Shown here: positions 54,906-64,000 of the stretch, in pieces
Layout of the letters: each line of letters starts with the position of its first letter
How positions within the stretch are numbered: the stretch's first letter is position 1
DNA from: an uncultured Rhizobium sp.
GTDB lineage: Bacteria; Pseudomonadota; Alphaproteobacteria; Rickettsiales; UBA1997
DNA: 64,000 nucleotides
Assembly (NCBI GenBank): GCA_964537735.1
Contig: CAZICL010000006.1
Coordinates: forward strand, 64,989 to 128,988
Reading direction: 5' to 3'
The notes under the pieces: generated by a model
The model's input: only the letters and a program-made list of their open reading frames with translations
What the model was told of the DNA's origin: nothing
The model's database searches: none
Made by a program: the position numbers and the translations under genes

Positions 54906-55691
54906 CTAATGTTTTTCTCTTTCCAGAATTTCTTTAGCCAATTTTATATAAGCGACAGAGCCTGGACATTTTAAATCATAAATTATTGCTGGAAGTCCGT
55001 GAGAAGGAGCCTCAGATAATTTTACATTTCTTGGGATGGTATTGCGAAAAACCTTTTCTTTTAAAAAACTTCTAACATCCATTTCAACCTGCTCGGTTAA
55101 CTTATTCCTGCGATCATGCATGGTTAAAATGATGCCGCTGATTTTTAAATCGTGGTTTAAATTTTCTTTAACTAAATCCAAGCTAGTTAATAAATGGCTC
55201 AATCCCTCAAGAGAGAAAAACTCGCATTGCATAGGAATTAAAATTGAGTCCGATGCTGTCAATGCATTTACCGTTAACATTCCCAGAGAGGGAGGGCAAT
55301 CAATTAAAACATAGTCATATTCATTGATTATATCTTTTAGGGCCTGACGTAAAATAAATTCTCTTTTTTCGAAGGAAGCGAGTTCAATTTCGCAGGCGGA
55401 TAGATCAACTGTAGAGGTGATAATACTTAAATTGGGAATTCTGGTAGGCATAATAGCGCTTTTAACCGTGCATTCGCCGATAAGAATTTCGTAAATAGTT
55501 TTCTGTCTCTGAGATTGCATAATGCCAAAGCCAGTACTGGCATTCCCTTGGGGATCTAAATCTATAAGCAATACTTTCTTTTTTACCGCGGCGAAAGCGG
55601 TGGCAAGATTGATAGTGGTGGTGGTTTTTCCAACGCCGCCTTTCTGATTAACAATTGAAAAAATCTTGGGGCGTTTCAGTGGATGAGTCAT
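54906..55691 (-). CDS. parA: chromosome partitioning ATPase ParA/Soj
   Basis: 261 aa with the deviant Walker A NQKGGVGKTTT, plus DLDPQGNA. Confidence 0.93.
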   Translation of the reverse strand: MTHPLKRPKIFSIVNQKGGVGKTTTTINLATAFAAVKKKVLLIDLDPQGNASTGFGIMQSQRQKTIYEILIGECTVKSAIMPTRIPNLSIITSTVDLSACEIELASFEKREFILRQALKDIINEYDYVLIDCPPSLGMLTVNALTASDSILIPMQCEFFSLEGLSHLLTSLDLVKENLNHDLKISGIILTMHDRRNKLTEQVEMDVRSFLKEKVFRNTIPRNVKLSEAPSHGLPAIIYDLKCPGSVAYIKLAKEILEREKH

Positions 55692-55762
55692 ATTTGTAGG
55701 TAGTTTTTGCTAAAAAAGTTTACGTGTGACGCAAGCTAAAAAAGTTTTTTCTACAGTCAAAT

Positions 55763-55778
55763 AGTTTCACGTGAAACT
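55763..55778. promoter_or_regulatory. parS site (agtttcacgtgaaact, perfect 16-bp palindrome)
   Basis: The central 14 nt are identical to consensus parS. It lies 72 nt upstream of the parA start. Confidence 0.8.
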
Positions 55779-56221
55779 TATCTTCTTAATTTAAAGAAAT
55801 TGATCAGAAGATTTTTAGCATCTTCCTCGCAGATTCCTGAATAGACTTCGGGGCGGTGGTGGCAAGAAGAGCTGGAGAAAATACGGGCGCCATTTTCCAC
55901 GGCGCCAAATTTTTCATCAGAGGCGGCATAATAGACTCTGCGTATTCTTGCCAAAGAAATTGCCGAGGCGCACATTGAGCATGGTTCTAAAGTTATATAA
56001 ATATCGCAATCATCGAGTCGTGGTGAAGCTTTTATCTCGGCAGCTTGACGTAATGCTAGAATTTCAGCATGAGCGGTTGGATCATTTAGATGTAAATTAT
56101 GATTATGAGAAGTGGCTATAATCTGACCATTTTCAACTATTACAGCGCCAACTGGAACTTCATCTTTTTCAAAGGCAATTCTAGCTTGTTTTAAAGCCTC
56201 ATCCATAAAATTTTTTTTCAT
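55778..56221 (-). CDS. tadA: tRNA adenosine(34) deaminase
   Basis: 147 aa with the CDA zinc motifs HAEILAL and PCSMCASAI. Confidence 0.92.
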   Translation of the reverse strand: MKKNFMDEALKQARIAFEKDEVPVGAVIVENGQIIATSHNHNLHLNDPTAHAEILALRQAAEIKASPRLDDCDIYITLEPCSMCASAISLARIRRVYYAASDEKFGAVENGARIFSSSSCHHRPEVYSGICEEDAKNLLINFFKLRR

Positions 56222-57012
56222 AATTTTTTTGCTTTTTTGAAAATTGCAAAAAAATTCTCGCTAGTTTGATCAATAACTTCCGCAACATCCAAGCCTTTTA
56301 ATTGAGCTATAAATTCAACAACATGTTTTGTGAATGCCGGTTGATTGGTTTTGCCACGAAAAGGCACTGGTGCCAAATATGGTGAATCAGTTTCCACCAA
56401 CAAAGATTCTAAGGGCAAATATTTTACAATTTCCTGTAACTCAGAAGCATTTTTGAAAGTCACAATTCCTGAAATTGAGATATATATACCTAAATCCAAA
56501 GCTTTTTTGGCCAAATCTTTTGAACTGGAAAAGCAATGTAAGAGTGCCGGAAATTTCTTATTTTTTTGTTCAGATAGTAAAATTTCAATCATATCCAAAT
56601 CAGCATCGCGACTATGAATTATTACAGGCAAATCATTTTCTTGAGAAGCTTTAATATGTTCAAGAAAGCTGGTTTTTTGCAAAGGAATCGCCGACTTGTC
56701 GTGATAATAGTCCAATCCAGTCTCGCCAATTCCGATAATTTTAGGATTTTTAGCGCAGATTTCTAAAATTTCGGCTGCGGTAATTTTCGGCTGTTCATTC
56801 ACATTGCAGGGATGAATGCCCACCGAGGCATAAATAAAATCATGTAGCCTAGTATATTTTAAAAGATCATCAATTTCGCTAATTCTGGTGCAGATGGTTT
56901 GCAGAATTTTAACATTATGTTGTAGCGAATTTTGGATGATTTCATCAAAGGCAATTCCCTGTTTTTCGATTAGATCAAGATGACAATGCGTATCAACTAT
57001 GTAGTTTAGCAT
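56218..57012 (-). CDS. TatD family metal-dependent hydrolase
   Basis: 264 aa with the motifs DTHCHLD, IGETGLDY, HSRDA and ETDSPYL. Confidence 0.9.
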   Translation of the reverse strand: MLNYIVDTHCHLDLIEKQGIAFDEIIQNSLQHNVKILQTICTRISEIDDLLKYTRLHDFIYASVGIHPCNVNEQPKITAAEILEICAKNPKIIGIGETGLDYYHDKSAIPLQKTSFLEHIKASQENDLPVIIHSRDADLDMIEILLSEQKNKKFPALLHCFSSSKDLAKKALDLGIYISISGIVTFKNASELQEIVKYLPLESLLVETDSPYLAPVPFRGKTNQPAFTKHVVEFIAQLKGLDVAEVIDQTSENFFAIFKKAKKL

Positions 57013-57529
57013 TTTTTCTGAGTTTTGTTGAAGAGATATTAAGATTTTGGGTTTTAAAGATTCTAAATTGGGGTAGAGAATTTTTTTGAGCTAATTTTTT
57101 ATAAATTTGGAATGATTTAGTTTGGCGTATTTTCAATAGAAAATCCTCACGGCTGAAAATTGCGAAAGGTAGCATATTTATCAGTTGCTTAAAATTGCTC
57201 CATTCATGTAATCGCTCCAAATTATCAGCGCCGGCAATCCAAATAAAATCGTAATTGGGATATTCTTTTTGCAGAGTTTTAACTAGTTTTGCAGTTTGAA
57301 CTTGGTCAAATTTTTTAAGATAAATTTTGGGATGACTTTTTATGAGCGCTAGGCATTTGTTACAGCGCGTATCATAGCTTTCGTAGATTGATGGATCTTT
57401 AAAATTATTGTGTGCGGTTGGAATCCACCAAATTTGGTGTAATCCCAATTTTTTTATGGCAAGCCCCGAGATATGAAGATGTCCTTGATGCGGTGGGTTG
57501 AAACTTCCACCAAATAATCCAACGCGCAT
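56993..57529 (-). CDS. nadD: nicotinate-nucleotide adenylyltransferase
   Basis: It has the motif GLFGGSFNPPHQGH and ISST near the C-terminus. The ATG at 57529 overlaps the ubiA stop (TAATG). Confidence 0.88.
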   Translation of the reverse strand: MRVGLFGGSFNPPHQGHLHISGLAIKKLGLHQIWWIPTAHNNFKDPSIYESYDTRCNKCLALIKSHPKIYLKKFDQVQTAKLVKTLQKEYPNYDFIWIAGADNLERLHEWSNFKQLINMLPFAIFSREDFLLKIRQTKSFQIYKKLAQKNSLPQFRIFKTQNLNISSTKLRKNAKLHS

Positions 57530-58389
57530 TATCCTAAAAAAATTGCAATTGAGATTAAGCTTCCGATCCAAAAATTATCCTTAAAAACTTTTAAGCAGGT
57601 GGCGCCATTATTAAAGTCGCAATCAATGATTTTTTTGGACAAGAATAGAAAAGTAGCAAAGCTAATTAAAAAAAAGTGCCAGCTAAAAGATTCAAGAAAT
57701 CCGACAAGAAATAACAAACTAAACATGAGCAGAGATAATGTTAGTAAAATATTTTTGGGAGTTTTTCCAAAGCGGATAGCGCTGGATTTGATGCCGATTT
57801 TTAGATCATCTTCAATATCTTGATAGGCGTAAATTGTATCGTAAATCAATGTCCAAATTATTGCTGAAAAATATAAAGCCACAAATCCAATATCAATGCG
57901 GCCAAGCATTGCTAAACCAGACATTAATATGCCAAAATTGAAAGCCAGCCCTAAAAAGAGTTGCGGATAGTAAGTGATGCGTTTCATCAGCGGATAAGTT
58001 GCAGCCAAGGTCAAAGCTAGCAAACCAGAAATGATAGTTGTAAAATTAAATTGCAGCAAAATAACCAGGCCGCAAAGAAGCAAAATCGCCAGCAGAATCA
58101 GTGCCTCGTTTTGGCTAATTTTTTTGGCAGCTAGTGGTCGATCTTTGGTGCGTGCCACTTCCCGATCTAGCTTTTGGTCAAAAATATCGTTTATTATACA
58201 GCCGGCAGAGCGCATAACTATTGATCCTAGGCCAAAAAGTAAAATCATCCAAAAAATCTTTTCGAAATCGAAAGCTATTTTCTTCTCAGCTAAAAAAATG
58301 CCTTGAAGACAAGGTAAAAATAATAATCCGATACCAATTGGTTTATTAATTCTGGAGAGGTCGGCGTAGTAAATTAAGCGTTGATACAT
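57529..58389 (-). CDS. ubiA: 4-hydroxybenzoate polyprenyltransferase
   Basis: 286 aa and polytopic, with the motifs NDIFDQKLD and DRPLA. Confidence 0.9.
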   Translation of the reverse strand: MYQRLIYYADLSRINKPIGIGLLFLPCLQGIFLAEKKIAFDFEKIFWMILLFGLGSIVMRSAGCIINDIFDQKLDREVARTKDRPLAAKKISQNEALILLAILLLCGLVILLQFNFTTIISGLLALTLAATYPLMKRITYYPQLFLGLAFNFGILMSGLAMLGRIDIGFVALYFSAIIWTLIYDTIYAYQDIEDDLKIGIKSSAIRFGKTPKNILLTLSLLMFSLLFLVGFLESFSWHFFLISFATFLFLSKKIIDCDFNNGATCLKVFKDNFWIGSLISIAIFLG

Positions 58390-58542
58390 CTGAATGCAGA
58401 AATTTTAGATTGCGTTGAAAAGATAATTGTTTGATTTTTTTATCTTCAAATTTAGCATGCGCCGCCTTTTTGAATAAATCCCACGGCAATATACTTCGGG
58501 CGGTTTTAAAGCTAGCTCTGAGCAAATCAATTTCTTTTCCAA

Positions 58543-60555
58543 ATGTTCAAGTCGCATAAATTATTGATCGCCAATCGTGGCGAAATTGCTTGTCGTATCA
58601 TTAAAACATGCCGTAAGTTGGGCATAAAGACAGTTGCAGTTTATTCTGATGCTGATGCTAATTCGCTTTTTGTACAAATGGCTGATGAAGCTGTGAATAT
58701 CGGTCATTCTCCTTCTTCGCAAAGTTATTTAAATGTCGATAAAATTTTAGCCGCCATCAAAAAAACCGGCGCAACTCTGGTGCATCCTGGATACGGATTT
58801 TTGTCAGAAAATCGCAATTTTGCTAATGCCTTAGAAAAAGAAGGTGTGATTTTTGTGGGTCCGTCAGTTAATTCAATTGAAGCTATGGGCGATAAAATTG
58901 AATCGAAAAAAATCGCTATTGCTGCTAATGTTAGTACCGTTCCGGGACATATGGGGGTTGTAAAAGATGACGTTGAAGCAACGGAGATTGCTGAAAAAAT
59001 TGGTTTTCCGGTGATGGTTAAAGCTTCTGCTGGCGGTGGTGGTAAAGGTATGAGAATCGCCTGGAAAACGGAAGAGATGTCGGAAGCCTTCTTATCAGCT
59101 TCCAATGAAGCGCGGAATAGCTTTTCTGATGATCGTATTTTTATCGAAAAATTTATCGAAAATCCACGTCATATTGAGATCCAAATTATTGCTGACAAAC
59201 AAGGAAATATTGTCTGTTTAGGTGAAAGAGAATGTTCCATTCAGCGCAATAACCAAAAAGTAATTGAAGAAGCCCCAAGCTCTTTTGTTGATGAGATCAC
59301 GCGCCAAAAAATGTATGAACAATCAAAAGCTTTGGCATCTAAAGTTGGTTATTTTTCAGCTGGCACGATTGAGTATATCATGGATAAGAATAAGAAGTTC
59401 TACTTCCTGGAAATGAATACGCGTTTGCAGGTTGAACATCCAGTTACTGAATTAATTACTGGTTTAGATCTTGTTGAATTGATGATCAGAATTGCTCTTG
59501 GCGAGAAATTACCCTTCAAACAAGAAGATATTAAGTTGACAGGTTGGGCTATTGAATCACGTATTTATGCCGAAGATCCAGCGCGCGGCTTTTTGCCATC
59601 TTCAGGTCGTATTAATATGTATATTGAGCCGGAAGAAAATGAAAATGTTCGTGTCGATTCCGGCGTTTATGAAGGTGGTGAAGTTAGCATGTTTTATGAT
59701 GCTATGATCGCTAAATTATGCTCTTACGGAAAAAATCGTGATGAAGCAATTGAGCATATGCGTCACGCTTTGGGAAGCTTCGCGATTGGAGGTGTTTCGC
59801 ATAATATTAGTTTCCTTGAAACTATCATGCGTAACGAAAAATTTGTTAAAGGTGATATTGCAACTAGCTTTATCAAGAATGAATTTCCCAAAGGATTTTC
59901 CGGCAACGAACTTGATTCTGCATCGGAAGCAGTTTTGATAATTACCGCGATGCATATTTTCCTGCGCAATTATGAGCGTAATGGTAAAATTACAGGTCAG
60001 TTACACCACCGCGAAAAACAAGTCTCAGATCGTTGGGTGGTGATGATTGATGATAAGTCTTATTTGATTAATATTTTAGAGCATAAAAGTAACTGGATTA
60101 AAATTGAGTGCGACAAAAAGGAAATCGAGCTTTCAACTTCTTGGAATAATGGCGAAAAGCTGTTCCGTGGTGTTGTTAACGGCGTTGTGGTTGGAGTAAA
60201 AATTCGTGAAAATAATATTGCCGGCAGCTATTTGCTGCAATATTCAGGTACAGATGCTTTCGTCAATGTGCTGTCGCCAAGAAATGCCGAGCTTTACAAA
60301 TTCATGCCTAAAATTCAGAAGAATGCTAAGCCAAAAAACTTAACTTCGCCAATTACCGGAAAAATTATCCGCTTTAAAGTTGCTGAAGGTGATGAAGTAA
60401 AGGCTGGTCAAGAGTTGGTGGTGATTGAAGCGATGAAAATGGAAAATTCAATTCGTACAGATCACGACGTCAAAATTGGCAAAATAAAGTTCAAGGAAGG
60501 AGAGGCTGCTGGTATTGGTCAGGTGGTGATGGAGTTCGTTAATAGCGACAGCTAG
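58543..60555 (+). CDS. pccA: acetyl/propionyl-CoA carboxylase alpha subunit (biotin carboxylase plus BCCP domains)
   Basis: 670 aa. It has the biotin carboxylase ATP-grasp features (KILIANRGEIA-like N-terminus, GGGGKGMR) and a C-terminal biotinyl motif EAMKMEN. No beta-subunit gene is adjacent. Confidence 0.88.
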   Translation: MFKSHKLLIANRGEIACRIIKTCRKLGIKTVAVYSDADANSLFVQMADEAVNIGHSPSSQSYLNVDKILAAIKKTGATLVHPGYGFLSENRNFANALEKEGVIFVGPSVNSIEAMGDKIESKKIAIAANVSTVPGHMGVVKDDVEATEIAEKIGFPVMVKASAGGGGKGMRIAWKTEEMSEAFLSASNEARNSFSDDRIFIEKFIENPRHIEIQIIADKQGNIVCLGERECSIQRNNQKVIEEAPSSFVDEITRQKMYEQSKALASKVGYFSAGTIEYIMDKNKKFYFLEMNTRLQVEHPVTELITGLDLVELMIRIALGEKLPFKQEDIKLTGWAIESRIYAEDPARGFLPSSGRINMYIEPEENENVRVDSGVYEGGEVSMFYDAMIAKLCSYGKNRDEAIEHMRHALGSFAIGGVSHNISFLETIMRNEKFVKGDIATSFIKNEFPKGFSGNELDSASEAVLIITAMHIFLRNYERNGKITGQLHHREKQVSDRWVVMIDDKSYLINILEHKSNWIKIECDKKEIELSTSWNNGEKLFRGVVNGVVVGVKIRENNIAGSYLLQYSGTDAFVNVLSPRNAELYKFMPKIQKNAKPKNLTSPITGKIIRFKVAEGDEVKAGQELVVIEAMKMENSIRTDHDVKIGKIKFKEGEAAGIGQVVMEFVNSDS

Positions 60556-60562
60556 ATATTGT

Positions 60563-60676
60563 GAGACTGTCGCAATTCAAATTTTTTTGAAACGCACGTA
60601 CATCTGGGTACGCTTACCTTTCAAAAAAATTTGAATCACAAAAACTTCTTAGAAAATTTTGATTTGCGACAGTCTC
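60563..60676. mobile_element. MITE-like nested palindromic element, copy B (114 bp)
   Basis: It has the same terminal and inner inverted repeats as copy A. It is flanked by a perfect 5-bp direct repeat attgt (60558-60562 and 60677-60681) and starts 8 nt after the pccA stop. Confidence 0.8.
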
Positions 60677-60739
60677 ATTGTTGGATTTCGATTTTTCAAA
60701 TCTGACAATTTTTAGGATTTACCATTGGCGACTATACCA

Positions 60740-60783
60740 AAAAGACGAAGTTAGAGGAGAGTATAAATACTTAGTTTGGTATA
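60740..60783. repeat. 44-bp repeat, copy 2
   Basis: 41 of 44 positions are identical to 20109-20152. Here the tail tttggtata pairs with an upstream tataccaaa (60733-60741). Confidence 0.8.
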
Positions 60784-60788
60784 ACAGG

Positions 60789-61439
60789 CTAATCAGCCGC
60801 AATTTTGACAATTTTCGCTGTAGCAAAAACAGCAATTGTACCAACAAATACGTCAAGTCCGGCAAGAATTTTTAAACTTGAATCATCGGCGATAGTCGAT
60901 CCGTAAGAAATTAGCAAAACGGGAATAATCAAAGGTAGGGCGATTATCGCGATCATCGGTGCTGCATTTCCAAGTACAGAAAGACTGCCACAAAAACAGC
61001 AGATAAAATTTATAGCAATTGTCGCCAGCAAAACAGCCAGTATTAGTTTGGTTGCAATGTTGAAATCTAAGCCGATGAAATAAGTCAGAGGAAAGACAGC
61101 AAGCAAAATTGGTGCCGAACAAATCATCCAATTGGCCAACATTTTGGCAAAAATATAAACCTCAAAATTATCAATGGAGGTAAAGATTTGTTCAATTGTG
61201 CCGTCATCAAAATCTTTTTTTAGAAACTCTGCGGCGGAAAAAATTATGGCAGAAAGTAGTGAAAACCAAATTACCGTGATTGAATAAAATAGCGTTGATT
61301 CTTGATTGTTTTGGCTTTGTGCCAGAAGAAAAAAAATCGTAACTGAGATTATGAAAAACAAAAAATTGGCGAAAATTTTTGCCAAATGGCGCAAAGCAAT
61401 GACGATTTCATGATAAAAAATGATCCAAAAAATCTGCAT
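60789..61439 (-). CDS. ccmB: heme exporter protein CcmB
   Basis: 216 aa with six transmembrane segments and a CcmB-like sequence (PLIIPVLL...). No ccmA or ccmC gene is adjacent. Confidence 0.88.
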   Translation of the reverse strand: MQIFWIIFYHEIVIALRHLAKIFANFLFFIISVTIFFLLAQSQNNQESTLFYSITVIWFSLLSAIIFSAAEFLKKDFDDGTIEQIFTSIDNFEVYIFAKMLANWMICSAPILLAVFPLTYFIGLDFNIATKLILAVLLATIAINFICCFCGSLSVLGNAAPMIAIIALPLIIPVLLISYGSTIADDSSLKILAGLDVFVGTIAVFATAKIVKIAAD

Positions 61440-61442
61440 TAT

Positions 61443-62858
61443 TTATCTTCCGTAAATGTCGCTGAATCTGATAATATCATCTTCGCCAAGATAATTGCCG
61501 GTTTGAATCTCGATAATTTCGAGTGGAATCAGTCCCTTATTTTCTAAACGGTGTTTTTTACCAACAGGAATGTAAGTTGATTCATCCTCGGTTAAAACAA
61601 ACTCCTTGCTGCCACAAGTAACGTGTGCAGTACCTTTGACAACAACCCAATGTTCAGCGCGGTGATTGTGCATTTGCAGTGATAAGGATGATTTGGATTT
61701 TACGGTGATTCTTTTAACTTTGAAACGGTCTGATAAATCAATGGTTTCAAAACTACCCCACGGGCGCAGAACTTTTGTGTGTGAATCGCACTCGGCTCTC
61801 TTACGATTCTTTAAAACTTCAAACATTTCTTTCACATCCTGAGCATCATCTTTATTGGCAATCAAAGTTGCATCTTTTAAGGCAATAATGATCAGATTTT
61901 TAACGCCGATTGTTGTAACCAGATTGTGTTTTGAGCTGATGTAGCAATTTGTAGTTTTTAGCGCCACAATATCGCCGGACAAATTATTTCCATCTGCATC
62001 TTTCGGCGCAATCTCAGATAAAGCATGCCAATTGCCAACATCGGACCAGCCGACATTAATCGGCACAACAACAACTTTTTCAGCCTTTTCCATTACCGCA
62101 TAATCAACTGAAATATTTTGGCATTTTTCAAAATCTTCAACAGCAAGACGAACAAAATCTAAATCCTTGATAGCCTTATTGTAAGCGCCACAACAATGGA
62201 TGAATATTTCATTTTCTAACTGACGCAAAATGTCCAGATAAGTGGAAGCTTTGAACATAAAAATACCGCTGTTCCAGAAATAATCGCCTTTTTTGAGGAA
62301 GTCTTCTGCTACAGATTTTTTGGGTTTCTCAATAAATTTTTCGACGGCAAAAATTTCGCCTAGATTCTCCAGTTTTTTGCCACTTTTAATATAGCCATAT
62401 CCAGTTTCTGGAGCGTGTGGGACAATACCAAAAGTAATTAAATATCCTTCGGAGGCAGCTTTTTGAGCTGATTTGACACTGCGAACGAAATTTTCCTCAT
62501 CTAAAATCACGTGATCAGAAGGCATTACTAAAATCAGATCATCATTTTGATTTTCAATAGCGTTTAGCGCTGCAACAGTGATTGCTGGAGCGGTATTGCG
62601 ACCGGTTGGTTCCAAAATAATTAGTTTGGGAGTGATATTGATTTTTTGTAATTCTTCAGCGGCGATGAAACGATGCTCATTGTTACAAACTATTATTGGT
62701 GGGTGAAACATTGCCTCATCTCTTGTGCGTAGAGCGCTTTTTTGGAAGAGAGAATATTCGTCAACTAAGTTGAGAAACTGTTTGGGATTAAGGCTGCGAG
62801 AAAGTGGCCACAATCTTGTACCGGAGCCACCGGATAGTATAACCGGAGTGATTTTCAT
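61443..62858 (-). CDS. manC: bifunctional mannose-1-phosphate guanylyltransferase/mannose-6-phosphate isomerase
   Basis: 471 aa. The N-terminus has ILSGGSGTRLWPLSR and the C-terminus is a cupin (RPWG...H.HRAEHW.VV.G). Confidence 0.92.
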   Translation of the reverse strand: MKITPVILSGGSGTRLWPLSRSLNPKQFLNLVDEYSLFQKSALRTRDEAMFHPPIIVCNNEHRFIAAEELQKINITPKLIILEPTGRNTAPAITVAALNAIENQNDDLILVMPSDHVILDEENFVRSVKSAQKAASEGYLITFGIVPHAPETGYGYIKSGKKLENLGEIFAVEKFIEKPKKSVAEDFLKKGDYFWNSGIFMFKASTYLDILRQLENEIFIHCCGAYNKAIKDLDFVRLAVEDFEKCQNISVDYAVMEKAEKVVVVPINVGWSDVGNWHALSEIAPKDADGNNLSGDIVALKTTNCYISSKHNLVTTIGVKNLIIIALKDATLIANKDDAQDVKEMFEVLKNRKRAECDSHTKVLRPWGSFETIDLSDRFKVKRITVKSKSSLSLQMHNHRAEHWVVVKGTAHVTCGSKEFVLTEDESTYIPVGKKHRLENKGLIPLEIIEIQTGNYLGEDDIIRFSDIYGR

Positions 62859-63505
62859 AGAGATTTTGAGAAGAGGTTTATGGCAGCAAAGCCTGACAGG
62901 CCAAGCTTTCTGATTGATGAAAGATTTGTGGAGTCAATCCCGCCCAAGGCGTAAAACCTAGTCGGAAGATAGGATCGGCTTTTAGATTTGGAATAAATTT
63001 TTGCTAAATTTTTCAAACCGATAGTTTTTGTATTCAAATGACTTGTGGTGGGAAAAATTGGTGAAATGAAAATGGCATCAACTTTAAGTCTCGAGGCTTT
63101 AATAACAGATCGCAAGCTATGACAAGTAAAAGTAAAAATAAATTTTTTATTAAATTTGCGGTGCTGTAAGAAATTAAGAGGCAATTTGTCAAAGTCAGAA
63201 AAATGAACTCCATCGGCTTTTATTTTTCGGGCTAGAGCAATATCTTTTCCGACCAATATTTTTAGCTTCTTTAGTTTGGCAATGGCGAAAATTTTTCTGG
63301 CAAGAATTTCACGTTGATCTTGACCAAGATCGTACTCGCGAATTAGAACGGCAGAATTTTTTGGCAGAGATCTGATAGTATTTTCTAAGTCAGAAATTTT
63401 TTTGCGGTCGGTAAATAAAAAGCTTGAAGGCAAAGTTTTGGCGCGGTTTGCTGTCTTGTTTCTTACCTCGAATTTTCTTATCTCAAATAAAATCTCTTGA
63501 TTCAT
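62855..63505 (-). CDS. thiamine-phosphate synthase (ThiE/TenI) family protein
   Basis: It has the TMP-TENI pattern ADGVHF, SPIFPT.SH and ALGGI. The ATG at 63505 is preferred over the TTG at 63565. Confidence 0.72.
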   Translation of the reverse strand: MNQEILFEIRKFEVRNKTANRAKTLPSSFLFTDRKKISDLENTIRSLPKNSAVLIREYDLGQDQREILARKIFAIAKLKKLKILVGKDIALARKIKADGVHFSDFDKLPLNFLQHRKFNKKFIFTFTCHSLRSVIKASRLKVDAIFISPIFPTTSHLNTKTIGLKNLAKIYSKSKSRSYLPTRFYALGGIDSTNLSSIRKLGLSGFAAINLFSKSL

Positions 63506-64000
63506 GAATGACGTTTTAATTAGCGATGTTGCGCGTAATTTATTCTTAATTAACAGCAAAATCAAAAAATCTTGCCAAATCTATGGCCAAGATAAAACAA
63601 AGGTCAATCTTGTAGCTATATCAAAAACTAAAGATGTGGCAAAAATTCAAGAAGCAATTGCTGCCGGGTGCAAAATTTTTGGTGAAAATTATATTCAAGA
63701 AACTCAAGAAAAATGGCCAGAGATTCGCAACAAATTTCCGGCAGTGGAACTGCACTTTGTTGGCCATTTACAAAGCAATAAGGCAAAAATCGCGTTGGAA
63801 CTATTTGATGTAATCCAAACTCTTGATAGTGAAAAACTGGCACAGACTTTTCAAAAAGAAATTGCTAAATCTCAAAGAAATCCGCAATTTTTTGTGCAAG
63901 TGAATATTGGCGAAGAATCGCAAAAAAATGGCATTGCACCACAAGACGTTAAAAATTTTGTAGAATTTTGTCGTAAAGATTGTGGTTTAAATATCACCGG
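63504..64000 (+). CDS. yggS: YggS family PLP homeostasis protein, 3' end outside window (not in ORF track)
   Basis: My translation is MNDVLISDVARN...VNLVAISKTKDV...FGENYIQE...HFVGHLQSNKAK...FVQVNIGEE.QK.GI. It is open to the window end. Confidence 0.85.
   Translation, partial: MNDVLISDVARNLFLINSKIKKSCQIYGQDKTKVNLVAISKTKDVAKIQEAIAAGCKIFGENYIQETQEKWPEIRNKFPAVELHFVGHLQSNKAKIALELFDVIQTLDSEKLAQTFQKEIAKSQRNPQFFVQVNIGEESQKNGIAPQDVKNFVEFCRKDCGLNIT

Noticed and set aside
63628-63843. 71-aa minus-strand ORF
   Set aside because: It is antisense to the clearly recognisable yggS coding frame.

Overview
This is a 64-kb AT-rich bacterial chromosome segment, densely coding on both strands. The gene content is atpHAG and atpDC, truB-rpsO-pnp, bolA-grxD, mreD-mrdA, rodA, dnaK, lon, yidC, parAB with parS, ccmB, pstCA, ubiA, pccA, an isolated virB8-virB9 pair and an ankyrin-like repeat protein. 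That content suggests an alphaproteobacterium with an intracellular (Rickettsiales/Holosporales-like) lifestyle, but the taxon call is inference only. I can support about 63 CDS, including two not in the ORF track: a 59-aa Trm112/YcaR homolog and a 3'-open yggS. I also support one tRNA-Ser(GGA), two parS sites, several intrinsic terminators and several repeat families. I saw no rRNA, CRISPR array, transposase, integrase or reverse transcriptase. The most interesting observations are these. (1) A ~5.5-kb accessory islet lies immediately 3' of tRNA-Ser. It contains a duplicated two-gene cassette (small GIY-YIG nuclease plus fused nucleotidyltransferase-HEPN protein) bracketing a KilA-N protein and an orphan gene. 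(2) A nested-palindromic MITE-like element has 14-bp terminal inverted repeats and perfect 5-bp target-site duplications at two loci, plus two truncated copies. One copy appears to have replaced the 5' end of pstC and one fragment supplies the last codons of a TlpA-like gene. (3) A zeta-toxin-like P-loop kinase and an overlapping small ORF are wedged between lon and yidC. (4) A DUF1016-N/staphylococcal-nuclease fusion sits next to an ankyrin-like protein built from 111-bp tandem repeats. (5) There are two polyamine-related pairs: an eukaryote-type ODC with a deoxyhypusine-synthase homolog, and an agmatinase-family gene with an AstE/AspA-family gene. (6) Several housekeeping oddities stand out: a split F1 operon, an ATP synthase epsilon lacking its C-terminal domain, a PNPase with a 66-aa Arg/Asp tail, and Trm112 translationally coupled to rlmE. 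All functional calls come from motif recognition by eye; no database search was run.
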